Source: Candidatus Nomurabacteria bacterium
GTDB taxonomy: Bacteria > Patescibacteriota > Patescibacteriia > Magasanikbacterales > UBA922
NCBI GenBank assembly: GCA_020632445.1
Contig: JACKFN010000005.1
Location: 30,786 to 94,785 of the forward strand
Direction of reading: 5' to 3'
DNA: 64,000 nt
The notes under the pieces are model-generated. The model worked only from the letters and a program-made list of their open reading frames with translations, had not been told where the DNA came from and made no database searches. A program made the translations under genes and the position numbers. Each line of letters begins with the position of its first letter. Within the stretch, counting starts at the first letter, position 1. Shown here piece after piece: positions 35,595-43,922 of this stretch.

Positions 35595-36596
35595 TTATTG
35601 TGGTTGAAAACTGGTGTGTAGTGATTTTTTAAGGGCATTTAAAATTGGCAGAGAGAATATTTTAGGTAGTGAAAAAATAGGGAGTACCTTCATCGAGGTA
35701 ATTTCATTTCCAAATTGTTTGTAGATCTCTTCGGTGATAAGTGTAACATCTTCATTTTTTTCTACATCAATGCCAAGTTCAAAGTCCCATTCTCCTACAC
35801 CTTGTAGAAAATGAACGACATTTGGGTGTTTTTCTGAGAATGATTGTAATTTTTTTCGCATGGTTTTGTCTGATGTATTGCAAAGGAGAAAGAGTTCATA
35901 CATTTGTGTTCCTCCTTTTACATGATCATAAGCATAAATATTGCCTGCGATAACTTTATTTGCTTCGAGTTTTTTTATTCTCTTTTTGATAGTGGATGGT
36001 GGCTGTTGAAGTAGCTTTGAAATGTCGTATGAAGAAAGTCCTCCATTTTTTTCAAGAGCGTAGGCAATCCTTAAATCAAGATCATCATGAGGGACGTGTG
36101 TACGTGTTTCAAATATGGTAGGTTTCATTAGAGGAACATTTGGAGAAAAAAATTTTCGTGTGTATAAAGTAACAAACAGTCGTACGTGAATGCTTTTGTG
36201 CAAAAAGACGTTGCCAAATTCTTCACTAACGTTGTCCATCATGTCAGTAACGTCAATGACGCTTTTTGCGCGGAATGCGAGTGCATATTGGTATTCTCCC
36301 CCAAGCTCAATTACCCAAGGAACATCTTGAGAGTCTAAAAAACGGTCAAGGATTTTTTTGCGTGTTGCACTATCTGGTGTTTGCAAGGAAAAGTAAACAC
36401 CGTACTCTGTGTAGCCAAAGGGACACAGGTTTACGAGCGCAACTTGATGGATAATTCCAGACTGCTTGAGTTTGCTCAAGGTATAAGTAATGTTGTGGCT
36501 TTTATAACCTGTCTGTTTTGCAAGTTCACGCACTGACATTTTCGCATTCATCATACTGTACGCGAGTACTTTTTTCTCTTTTGCACTGAGTTTCAT
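35595..36596 (-). CDS. Transcriptional regulator with two winged-helix (Lrp/AsnC- or MarR-like) domains
   Basis: Two HTH-like segments (LSAKEKKVLAYSMMNAKMSVRELAKQTGYKSHNITYTLSKLKQSGII; LDLRIAYALEKNGGLSSYDISKLLQQPPSTIKKRIKKLEANKVIAG); divergent from an SBP lipoprotein gene. Confidence 0.5.
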   Translation of the reverse strand: MKLSAKEKKVLAYSMMNAKMSVRELAKQTGYKSHNITYTLSKLKQSGIIHQVALVNLCPFGYTEYGVYFSLQTPDSATRKKILDRFLDSQDVPWVIELGGEYQYALAFRAKSVIDVTDMMDNVSEEFGNVFLHKSIHVRLFVTLYTRKFFSPNVPLMKPTIFETRTHVPHDDLDLRIAYALEKNGGLSSYDISKLLQQPPSTIKKRIKKLEANKVIAGNIYAYDHVKGGTQMYELFLLCNTSDKTMRKKLQSFSEKHPNVVHFLQGVGEWDFELGIDVEKNEDVTLITEEIYKQFGNEITSMKVLPIFSLPKIFSLPILNALKKSLHTSFQPQ

Positions 36597-36687
36597 ATTT
36601 TGGTTACTTAATTCGTATAATTATAGCTAAAGTTATAAAAAATTGCAATTTTTTATCAATAAGGTATATATTTTACTATATTCATTA

Positions 36688-37833
36688 ATGCAAAATATGA
36701 GGCTAAGATTGATAATTTTGTCCATTGCAGTATTGGCTTTTGTAGGGTGTGGGCAGTCACGTACTGGTGAGATACCGGTAGAGAGTATTTCTGTGGGCGG
36801 TGTATTTGCGCTTACCGGGTTGGGTGCGGCTATTGGTGAGCAGGAGTATATGGGTGCCCAGCTTGCTGTGGAAGAGGTAAATACGGCTGGTGGAATAGAT
36901 GGTAAGCAAGTAAAGTTTGTTGTCGAGGATGTGTCGCTCGACAAGCTTTCTTCCGGACCCAGTGCTGTTCAAAAGCTTGTGAATGTTGATAATGTTGTAG
37001 GAATAGTGGGGCCTACCTGGGACGAGCCTGCTGCGCAAATTCTTCCTATTATTGAAGAAGCGCGTATTCCCATCCTTATGCCAGATCAGACTGTGGATGT
37101 AGAATCTTTGCAGTCATTTTCGTTTGCCTTTTCTACGTGGTATGACAATCGTGTTGGAGTCCGTGAGCTTTTGCGGTATGCTCAGAGTCATGATTTAAAG
37201 CGAATTGCGATCGTGCGATCTGTGGCTGGAGGATTTTGGCAATTTACCAGGGATGAATTTGTGATGCGCGCACCCGAATTTGGTGTGGAAGTGGTAGAGG
37301 ATATAGATGTGGGGAACCCACTTGAACTTGATTTTCGCACCGTTCTCATAAAGGTAAAGGAAAAAAGACCAGATGCAATTTTTGCAGTCGTCACCGATTA
37401 TAATGAATGTGCTTTTCTTAAGCAGATGAAGGAACTGGGAATAAATGTTCCACTTTTGTCAACGGAATCTTCTGGGACGGCAGCAGCACTTGGACAGTGT
37501 CCAGACTTAATGGAAAATGTATTTTTCAGTACGCCGCATAAGACCCATCTCTATAAAGATTTTGCACAAAGGTTCAAAGCAAAGTTTGAACATGAGCCAC
37601 AGTTTCCGTCAGTGGCAACTTCATATGATGCTATGAAAATTTTGCTTTCGGTAATAGAAGAAACAGGCTCAACTGATGGCAAAGTGCTGCGTGAAGGGCT
37701 CAAACAGCTCGATGAATATCAGGGAGTGAGTTTTGAGAGTATATATTTTGATGAAATGGGATTTGTGAAAACTCCAGAAGATGCTTTTGAAATGATGACG
37801 GTTCGTGAAGGTGCGTTTGTGAGCGTTCCGTGA
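36688..37833 (+). CDS. LivJ-family substrate-binding lipoprotein (orphan)
   Basis: Start at the internal ATG (MQNMRLRLIILSIAVLAFVGCGQ lipobox); GGVFALTGLGAAIGEQEYMGAQLAVEEVNTAGGIDGKQVKFVVEDV..., a type I PBP fold. Confidence 0.7.
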   Translation: MQNMRLRLIILSIAVLAFVGCGQSRTGEIPVESISVGGVFALTGLGAAIGEQEYMGAQLAVEEVNTAGGIDGKQVKFVVEDVSLDKLSSGPSAVQKLVNVDNVVGIVGPTWDEPAAQILPIIEEARIPILMPDQTVDVESLQSFSFAFSTWYDNRVGVRELLRYAQSHDLKRIAIVRSVAGGFWQFTRDEFVMRAPEFGVEVVEDIDVGNPLELDFRTVLIKVKEKRPDAIFAVVTDYNECAFLKQMKELGINVPLLSTESSGTAAALGQCPDLMENVFFSTPHKTHLYKDFAQRFKAKFEHEPQFPSVATSYDAMKILLSVIEETGSTDGKVLREGLKQLDEYQGVSFESIYFDEMGFVKTPEDAFEMMTVREGAFVSVP

Positions 37834-37842
37834 TAATGCTTT

Positions 37843-37868
37843 TAAACAAAAAAACGGATCTAATCCAT
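37843..37868. terminator. A/T-flanked hairpin terminator directly followed by TTGAAGGTGGGG
   Basis: AAACAAAAAAACGGATCTAATCCATTTTTTTGTTT. Confidence 0.45.
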
Positions 37869-37899
37869 TTTTTTGTTTGGTTGAAGGTGGGGTTCAGGA

Positions 37900-38520
37900 T
37901 CACGCGTACTTAGGTCGATCGCGCAATCTCCGATTCGGTCGGTCATAGTACCACAAAACGACATTGGCGGAAACGAGCAAGCTGTAGGTGGGGTTGACCC
38001 ACATGAACACCGGGTCCTCCCGCCAGAAGAAGTAGAAGGTCCACACGAGTGCACTGATCAGATAGATGATCTGCAGTCGGACATCGACCCTTCCCCTGCC
38101 CTTGAGCCACATCTCGCGAGTTTGTAAATAGGCCGCAAAGATGATCAACGCCATGATGGCTGAAAAGGTCTCACGCTTGTGCACGGTGCTGTACATGAAT
38201 GTCGTTGCCAGCGTACTTAGAGCGACTATTATCCAGTCACGTCTGAGCCACTTCTTGTATTTCCAGAGGCCGACAAGTACGGGGAGTTGGCTGACTACGA
38301 GCACTCCACCGTTGTACAGGATCATCTCCTCCCAGCCACGCCAAACGCCGTAGTCGATCTGCGCTATCGATGCAGCGAGGTAGTAGACAAACCAGGATAC
38401 GGATACCGCTTCAGCACTTTGAGACCTAAAGATCTTGTACGCCTGGAGCGCTGACCCTACGGCTTGCGCGATGGTGAAGATGACGATCCCGACACCGACG
38501 AGCATGAGTTGGTTGAACAT
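37900..38520 (-). CDS. Membrane protein with tandem LAB_N-like (lipid-A-disaccharide-synthase N-terminal-like) repeats, encoded in a GC-rich island
   Basis: 206 aa, about 6 TM; the second repeat holds LQTREMWLKGRGRVDV...FYFFWREDPVFMWVNP, resembling the LAB_N consensus (R..QW..SEK...S..P..FW...RxDPVF). About 58% GC. Stop TAA followed 17 nt later by AACCCCACCTTCAACC. Confidence 0.4.
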   Translation of the reverse strand: MFNQLMLVGVGIVIFTIAQAVGSALQAYKIFRSQSAEAVSVSWFVYYLAASIAQIDYGVWRGWEEMILYNGGVLVVSQLPVLVGLWKYKKWLRRDWIIVALSTLATTFMYSTVHKRETFSAIMALIIFAAYLQTREMWLKGRGRVDVRLQIIYLISALVWTFYFFWREDPVFMWVNPTYSLLVSANVVLWYYDRPNRRLRDRPKYA

Positions 38521-38621
38521 GCTGACCTCCTCGTGTTTAACTCAACCTATCACACAACCACAAAATTGTAAATACTAGGAACCAAAAAACACCTTTCGGT
38601 GTTTTTTGACTACTTGATTGA

Positions 38622-39722
38622 TTATTGAATTGATACGGGTTTTCCACCCACCACCTTAATTTTCTGGAAATCCTTGGTAAACCCACCCTTTCCATCCGAG
38701 AGAAGTTTTCCTGATACTCCATCCCAAGTAGTGATTTCGTTTAAATACTTTGCCAAAGTATCGCTGTTTGTCGAATCGGTTACCTCGATCGCCTCCGCGA
38801 GCATCATCATCGCATCGTATGCAGAATCTGCTCCAATATCGATAGGTTCATTATAGGTTGACTCAAAGCGCTTTCGAAAATCATCAGTTGGCGTCAGCGA
38901 TGTAAGATACGTGAGTCCATCAAACGCACCTTGCGCTGCATCAATCATTTTTTGATCCATGGTAATCGAATACATGGGGAGTTCAATCCTAAACTCGCGC
39001 AGTTTTTGTGCATATAGCACACCGAGATTGTAGTTTCCATTGGTGAATACCACTGCGTCGAGTGATGCATCATTTTTTATTTTGGTGATGTCAGTGAGGA
39101 CGTCCTTCGTTTCAACTCCTGGTTCAGTCAAAAATCCTACTGCGCCACCAAGTTGCTCGAAGCGACTTTTGAAGGCCTGGGTTTGCGCTGTAACCCAGAC
39201 TTGCTGTGCAGCAAGCAGTGCAACATTTCTTTTTCCAGCAGCATAGACCACATCAGCGAGTTTGGCAGAAAGAAATGCATCATGTGGCCAAGTGTTGAAG
39301 AAGTATTCGCTGCTTTCATTGAAGTCGGCAAGACCAAGTGATGGCGAAATGAAGATAGTTTTATCTTGTTTTGCAGGCTCGGACATGGCAAGGCCGGTGT
39401 TAGACCACGTCCCACCAACTATCATGTTAATTTCGTCAATTTTTGTCAGTTTATTGTAGGCTGAAACTGCGGTTTTGGCATCTCCTTTGGAATCTTCATA
39501 AATAACATCTAGTTTTTTTCCATCAATTCCTGTTTTGTTTATGTCTTTGAGGGCAAGCTCGATACCTTTTTGCGTGGCGGTCCCCCAGGCGGCGCCTTCA
39601 CCAGAGAGGATGAGGACACTTCCTATTTTGATGGTTTTGTCTGTTTCTGTTTTCGGAGTTTTGGCTGCACAACCTGACACGAGAAGCGCAACAATAATCA
39701 ATGCGAAAGTGATTTTTTTCAT
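38622..39722 (-). CDS. LivJ-family substrate-binding lipoprotein (orphan)
   Basis: MKKITFALIIVALLVSGCAAK lipobox; IKIGSVLILSGEGAAWGTATQKGIELALKDINKTGIDGKKLDVIYEDSKGD... Confidence 0.75.
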   Translation of the reverse strand: MKKITFALIIVALLVSGCAAKTPKTETDKTIKIGSVLILSGEGAAWGTATQKGIELALKDINKTGIDGKKLDVIYEDSKGDAKTAVSAYNKLTKIDEINMIVGGTWSNTGLAMSEPAKQDKTIFISPSLGLADFNESSEYFFNTWPHDAFLSAKLADVVYAAGKRNVALLAAQQVWVTAQTQAFKSRFEQLGGAVGFLTEPGVETKDVLTDITKIKNDASLDAVVFTNGNYNLGVLYAQKLREFRIELPMYSITMDQKMIDAAQGAFDGLTYLTSLTPTDDFRKRFESTYNEPIDIGADSAYDAMMMLAEAIEVTDSTNSDTLAKYLNEITTWDGVSGKLLSDGKGGFTKDFQKIKVVGGKPVSIQ

Positions 39723-39987
39723 AGAGTTATGAGAGTAAATAAAATGGAGCCCAGAAGGGCTCCGTGCAAGTCACTCTCAAAATCTAAAGGCGAATAAAGA
39801 TTGTGAGAAGTGTCTTGCAAGCAACACTCCTGTTTCGCCTTTAAAAGTTGTTATCTTTGACATGGTATTATATGCGAAAAAGAGACAAATGTCAATAATG
39901 TCATAACAATATAGATACAAATTTATTTAAAGATAAACAAAAAAATGCTGTTGACAATACATCAACAACATGCTATGGTGTACATAT

Positions 39988-40749
39988 ATGATACAAGAAA
40001 CGCTCAAGCATCTGGGTCTTACTGAAAAGGAAATTCAGATATACCTTGCAATTTTGCAGCATGGTCAGATTGGTGCCACGCAGATTGCCAAGTACACTCA
40101 GATAAATCGAACCACGGTATATAGTGTGGCAAAAGAGCTTCTTCGAAAGAACTTGATTGCTGAGGACCTCGCGTCACCTGTTGCAAAATTTGTGGCACTC
40201 CACCCATCTACGATTGAGTCGCAGATAAAACGAGAGGAAGAAAAATTGCATGACAAAAAACGTTGGGCCATGAAGGCTGTTCGTGAGCTTAACACCTTCA
40301 CTCAGAGCACAAAGTATTCTGTGCCACGCATTGTGTTTGTGGAAGAGGAAGATGTAGAAGCGCATTTGTATAAGCAGGCAGATGTTTGGAACAAAAGTAT
40401 TCTCGACAACAATACAATGTATTGGGGATTCCAGGATCGGCATTTTGTCAAGCACTATGAGCATTGGATAGACGACTATTGGGCAAAGTTTCCCTCATCT
40501 AAACAAGTTTCTTTGAGATTGGTGAGCGACGAGGAAGCCGAAAGACTCAAAGGGAAAAAGTACCCAAGGCGTCAGATTAAATTTTGGGAAAAGGCAAAAG
40601 ACTTTACGGCAACAACCTGGGTCATGGGAGATTACGTAACGATGATCGTTACGGAGAAGCGACCTCATTATTTGGTGGAAATATATGATGTGACACTTGC
40701 ACATAATCTGCGTGAAGTGTTCAAGGGATTGTGGGAAGAGATTGATTGA
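39988..40749 (+). CDS. TrmB-like winged-helix transcriptional regulator (paralogue 4)
   Basis: Start at the internal ATG (MIQETLKHLGLTEKEIQIYLAILQHGQIGATQIAKYTQINRTTVYSVAKELLRKNLI); C-terminal FKGLWEEID; promoter-like TTGACA-17-TATGGT upstream. Confidence 0.6.
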   Translation: MIQETLKHLGLTEKEIQIYLAILQHGQIGATQIAKYTQINRTTVYSVAKELLRKNLIAEDLASPVAKFVALHPSTIESQIKREEEKLHDKKRWAMKAVRELNTFTQSTKYSVPRIVFVEEEDVEAHLYKQADVWNKSILDNNTMYWGFQDRHFVKHYEHWIDDYWAKFPSSKQVSLRLVSDEEAERLKGKKYPRRQIKFWEKAKDFTATTWVMGDYVTMIVTEKRPHYLVEIYDVTLAHNLREVFKGLWEEID

Positions 40750-40767
40750 AATTTCCAAGAAAAAAAC

Positions 40768-40792
40768 TGCCATAGCGGCAGTTTTCTTGTGT
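40768..40792 (+). terminator. Intrinsic terminator after the TrmB-like gene, followed by TTGAAGGTGGGGG
   Basis: AAAAAAACTGCCatagcGGCAGTTTTCTTG. Confidence 0.55.
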
Positions 40793-40812
40793 TTGAAGAT
40801 TGAAGGTGGGGG

Positions 40813-41043
40813 TTAGGATTCCTCGTGTGGTGCTACCAGTGCCAGCAGAGACCTGCGAGCGAGACGACGTGCGGCACTCTTGCAGCCGGGCTGCGAGCAG
40901 CAGCGGATGGTCGCGCTGTAGCCGGGATGCTCCGGATCGTGGGCGTTGATGACCAGGGTCGAGGGATTACCACAGCCTCGTCGGCCAAGGCAGTCATCCT
41001 TGATGACCCATGAGGGTTTTTCGTCCACATGCGTTTCAATCAT
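40813..41043 (-). CDS. Small Cys-rich protein (76 aa), GC-rich, apparently co-transcribed with the upstream HAD hydrolase gene
   Basis: ATG at 41043 preceded by a strong SD (caAGGAGAccccgATG) lying inside the HAD gene's last codons. MIETHVDEKPSWVIKDDCLGRRGCGNPSTLVINAHDPEHPGYSATIRCCSQPGCKSAARRLARR... with five Cys. Stop TAA embedded in GGTTAGG and followed by CCCCCACCTTCAATC. Confidence 0.45.
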   Translation of the reverse strand: MIETHVDEKPSWVIKDDCLGRRGCGNPSTLVINAHDPEHPGYSATIRCCSQPGCKSAARRLARRSLLALVAPHEES

Positions 41044-41093
41044 CGGGGTCTCCTTGCTATGTGTTTGTATCCTACCTTGCGTAGGCGTGGTTG

Positions 41094-41693
41094 TCAATCT
41101 TCAAGAAGTCTCGAGAGGTCGCTTTGAAAGTCTGTAAGATTTTGAAAATGGTGTGCTTGCATGCCGATGCTCGCTGCTGCAGCGGCAGCTTTTTCATCGT
41201 CATCGGTCATAAAAATTTCTTCGGGTTTGAGTTGCAATGTCTTTGTAATATTTTTGTATACTTTCGGATCAGGTTTGCGAAGTTTTGTTTCTGCGCTACA
41301 AAAAATTTCATCAAAGAGCATATTCAGCTTGTATTTTTCTTTGAGAAAGTTCCATCGGTGGATTTCGTTGTTGGTACAAAGTACGCAGAGAAGGTTTCTT
41401 TCTTTGAGCATTTCAATAAGTTTGAGTACTTGGTCGTCAATGCTTCCATCATCAAACCAATAGTGTAAAAGCTCATCAAGCGTACCTGGAAAGTTCCACT
41501 CAGGAAGTCTTCTCGTGAGCACTTCTTTCATGTCTTTGATACCTGCTTGGCAGTCGGCAAATTCCATTTGAAAAAATTCGAGGACTTTTTCTTCGTTGAC
41601 GTTTGGGTAGTCTTTGAGTAATCGAGTGGTCATCAAAGGTGTGGTTTCATGATAGAGGACTCCGTCGAAGTCAAAGGATACGGCTTTAATCAT
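41094..41693 (-). CDS. HAD-superfamily hydrolase
   Basis: Start at the internal ATG (MIKAVSFDFDGVLYHE...), the DxDG motif I, with LCVLCTNN (motif II) and a C-terminal Asp-rich motif; about 200 aa. Confidence 0.75.
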   Translation of the reverse strand: MIKAVSFDFDGVLYHETTPLMTTRLLKDYPNVNEEKVLEFFQMEFADCQAGIKDMKEVLTRRLPEWNFPGTLDELLHYWFDDGSIDDQVLKLIEMLKERNLLCVLCTNNEIHRWNFLKEKYKLNMLFDEIFCSAETKLRKPDPKVYKNITKTLQLKPEEIFMTDDDEKAAAAAASIGMQAHHFQNLTDFQSDLSRLLED

Positions 41694-41796
41694 AAGGCTT
41701 ACTTTGTGAAATTTGATACGGGGAGTACTTTCAGTGACCGTTTCAACGGATGTCGTGGTCATTGAAAGTACTCCCTGTATCAAATGAGGTAATGCA

Positions 41797-42180
41797 TTAT
41801 ATGTCAAAGTAACATTGTCCGTCTGGGCTTTCGTGTCTGGTAATCATTTCTTGATACTCTGGCTTATAGAGCTGGGTAATAGTAAATTTTCCGGCGGTCA
41901 TATGCGTATCTTTGTTTTTCCCGGTAATGGTTTGTTCGAGAATAAGGACATGACCCCAATAAAGCCACTTGCCATCAATGTTGTGTACGAGGAAACAGCG
42001 TGTGGGTGCGTGATGATAGACGCGCGCACTTGGCTTGGAATGAAACGAAAAAACTTTACCTTCTACTTCGGAAATGTTTATGGGATTTTGCGTATGTTTT
42101 TTTCGATTCAGAATACTTGCTGGAAATCCTTGCTCTGTAGTAATCTGAAGCGTATCGTTAAGTTCAATAAAACTTCCCAT
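41797..42180 (-). CDS. Hypothetical protein (127 aa)
   Basis: ORF with plausible codon usage immediately downstream of the MazG-like gene; no family recognised. Confidence 0.4.
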   Translation of the reverse strand: MGSFIELNDTLQITTEQGFPASILNRKKHTQNPINISEVEGKVFSFHSKPSARVYHHAPTRCFLVHNIDGKWLYWGHVLILEQTITGKNKDTHMTAGKFTITQLYKPEYQEMITRHESPDGQCYFDI

Positions 42181-42187
42181 AGAGCTG

Positions 42188-42523
42188 TTATTTTAATTTC
42201 TCATTATTGGCGTGACGTTCGGCGTCGCGCTTGGTTTTCTTTTCCAGATTTTTTGCAAGTGCCTCGCTGAGATCAACGCCGGTTTGGTTGGCAAGACAAA
42301 TCAGCACAAAGAGCACATCTGCCATTTCATCGGAGAGGTCGTATTGCTCGTCACTTTTTTTGAAGCTTTGGTCACCGTAGGTGCGTGTAATGATTCGTGA
42401 CATCTCTCCTACTTCTTCCATCAGCTGACCGAGGTTGGTTAGCTCAGAAAAGTATCGCACACCAATCGTATTGATCCAATCATCAACGTCTTTTTGGGCT
42501 TGTTTGAGGGTAAGGTCTTTCAT
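42188..42523 (-). CDS. MazG-like nucleotide pyrophosphohydrolase
   Basis: 111 aa; EEVGEMSRIITRTYGDQSFKKSDEQYDLSDEMADVLFVLICLANQTGVDLSEA matches the all-alpha NTP-PPase EExxE/D...ELGD-like metal-binding helix pattern. Confidence 0.65.
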   Translation of the reverse strand: MKDLTLKQAQKDVDDWINTIGVRYFSELTNLGQLMEEVGEMSRIITRTYGDQSFKKSDEQYDLSDEMADVLFVLICLANQTGVDLSEALAKNLEKKTKRDAERHANNEKLK

Positions 42524-42639
42524 AATGTAGTTTCTTTTAGCTTAACATATATCTTGACAGGGAGGAAATCGCATGATACGATGCCGTGTCATAGCAGCTT
42601 ACCCGGTGGTCGGGACAGCGCTGTGCATGCTTGGGAGCA

Positions 42640-43042
42640 AAAAATGAGGCGTTGTGAGCAGAAATTCAGTGTACCCACAACGGTAGGCGTCCACGCCTAT
42701 CATCTGGTGGTCACTGCGCAGGTCGCTCGGGTGATTGGTGAGTGTGGACTGCGCACCTTGGTAGTGGCGAACTGTGCTAGGGGTGACCAGTTTGAGGCCA
42801 GGATTCTCGTTGGTGAGGTGGGATGGAGCCGCGTTGTAAGGGTTAGGGAAGCAAGTGTCCAAGACGAGGATCCAATCATAGAGATGCTTCACTTACACAC
42901 TCGGAATTTGGGTGTGGCTTCGTCTGAGGGGCGTGTCGTCCATGAGTTTCGGCTGTCTGAGTTGATCAGTGGCGGACTCGAGGTGATCAGAGATCGGCTC
43001 CAATGGAGGCAGCACAAGAGCAGATTGCTCAGCAGATGTTGA
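42640..43042 (+). CDS. Hypothetical protein (134 aa) in a GC-rich island, preceded by a 22-codon leader ORF (42573..42641) with ATGA stop/start overlap
   Basis: GGGAGGAA SD 6 nt before the ATG at 42573 (MIRCRVIAAYPVVGTALCMLGSKK); its TGA overlaps the ATG of MRRCEQKFSVPTTVGVHAYHLVV... Downstream ATCCCACCTCCATCGAC, then a strong terminator. Confidence 0.35.
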
Positions 43043-43116
43043 GTCCAAACGAGCATGATCATCACAACTGGCCACACACCGCAGTTTATCCCACCTCCAT
43101 CGACTCACCACCGTCG

Positions 43117-43160
43117 AAAAAAACAAACCGCTTTTATGTAAGAGCGGTTTGTTTTATTTT
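43117..43160. terminator. Strong bidirectional intrinsic terminator
   Basis: AAAAAAACAAACCGCTtttatgtaagAGCGGTTTGTTTTATTTT (12-bp stem). Confidence 0.6.
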
Positions 43161-43654
43161 ATCCACTTTTTTATCTCCTTGAAAATGCTGTCATCAAATT
43201 CGTCTGGCAGCGATTTCAATATCCACCGAGCATTACGCTTACAATATTCTCGTTGTTCTTCATTTTTCTGATTGGTGTACCACACAAAGCTATCCAAAAT
43301 ATCTGCGGCTTTGACAATGAGTGTATCTTGACCATAGGCTATACATCAATAAATCATATCACGAATTTTTTCTTCTTTATTTTCTATGGAATTATCCTTG
43401 CTATTGGCTTTTGCTATTTGCAAAATATCCTTTCCAAATTCTTTTTCCAAACGCCCTTCATTCACCCGAGACCATTCCAAACAGTCATGCAGAAATCCTG
43501 CTACTATAATTTTTTCATTATACCCATGATTGTACAAATATGTTCCTACACGAATGTCATGAAACAAAGCCGGTTTGCGACTCCCCTGCTTTGCAACCGG
43601 AAAATGTTTGGTAAGAAAGTGAATCGCCTTTTCTGCGGAAATGTTGGTTTGCAC
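43154..43654 (-). pseudogene. HD-domain phosphohydrolase interrupted by an in-frame TGA (codon at 43346-43348); the ORF resumes in frame for 63 more codons
   Basis: Upstream part (102 aa) carries the H...HD motifs (LFHDIRVG...FLHDCLE). Straight after the TGA the same frame reads CIAYGQDTLIVKAADILDSFVWYTNQKNEEQREYCKRNARWILKSLPDEFDDSIFKEIKKWIK before a TAA at 43156-43154. Confidence 0.5.
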
Positions 43655-43661
43655 AGTAATA

Positions 43662-43919
43662 TCATTGCCTTTTGAGTGCCTCGATATTCATGAGAAGATT
43701 TTCGTGCTGTTCTTTTATGGTCGCACCCGTTGCGTCTATGCCATTGTTATACACACTTTTCCCTATCTCATCAAGAAAAAAATCGAGGAGTTGCTCTGCG
43801 GCAATAACACCAATTTCTTCATCACGCTCCTCGGCAAAAAAAGAAATAATCTTGTCTATGGCGCCTCTGCGCTGCTCTTGGTTTAAGCCATCGAAGTTTG
43901 TTTTGGTCATATGTTGCAT
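43662..43919 (-). CDS. Small acidic protein, DUF2164-like
   Basis: 85 aa, MQHMTKTNFDGLNQEQRRGAIDKIISFFAEERDEEIGVIAAEQLLDFFLDEIG... Confidence 0.45.
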   Translation of the reverse strand: MQHMTKTNFDGLNQEQRRGAIDKIISFFAEERDEEIGVIAAEQLLDFFLDEIGKSVYNNGIDATGATIKEQHENLLMNIEALKRQ

Positions 43920-43922
43920 GCA

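Noticed and set aside
37869-37880. TTGAAGGTGGGG junction motif as a 16S rRNA fragment (16S contains GAAGGTGGGGATGACGTC)
   Set aside because: Identity is limited to a 10-mer; flanking bases diverge immediately in all three copies; no other rRNA-like sequence nearby.
43346-43348. Alternative genetic code (UGA read as Gly/Trp, codes 25 or 4) as the explanation for the in-frame TGA in the HD-domain gene
   Set aside because: TGA terminates several well-supported genes here (HAD hydrolase, the methyltransferase, the 42640 ORF) at positions matching homologue lengths and followed by terminators; a genome-wide reassignment is not supported.
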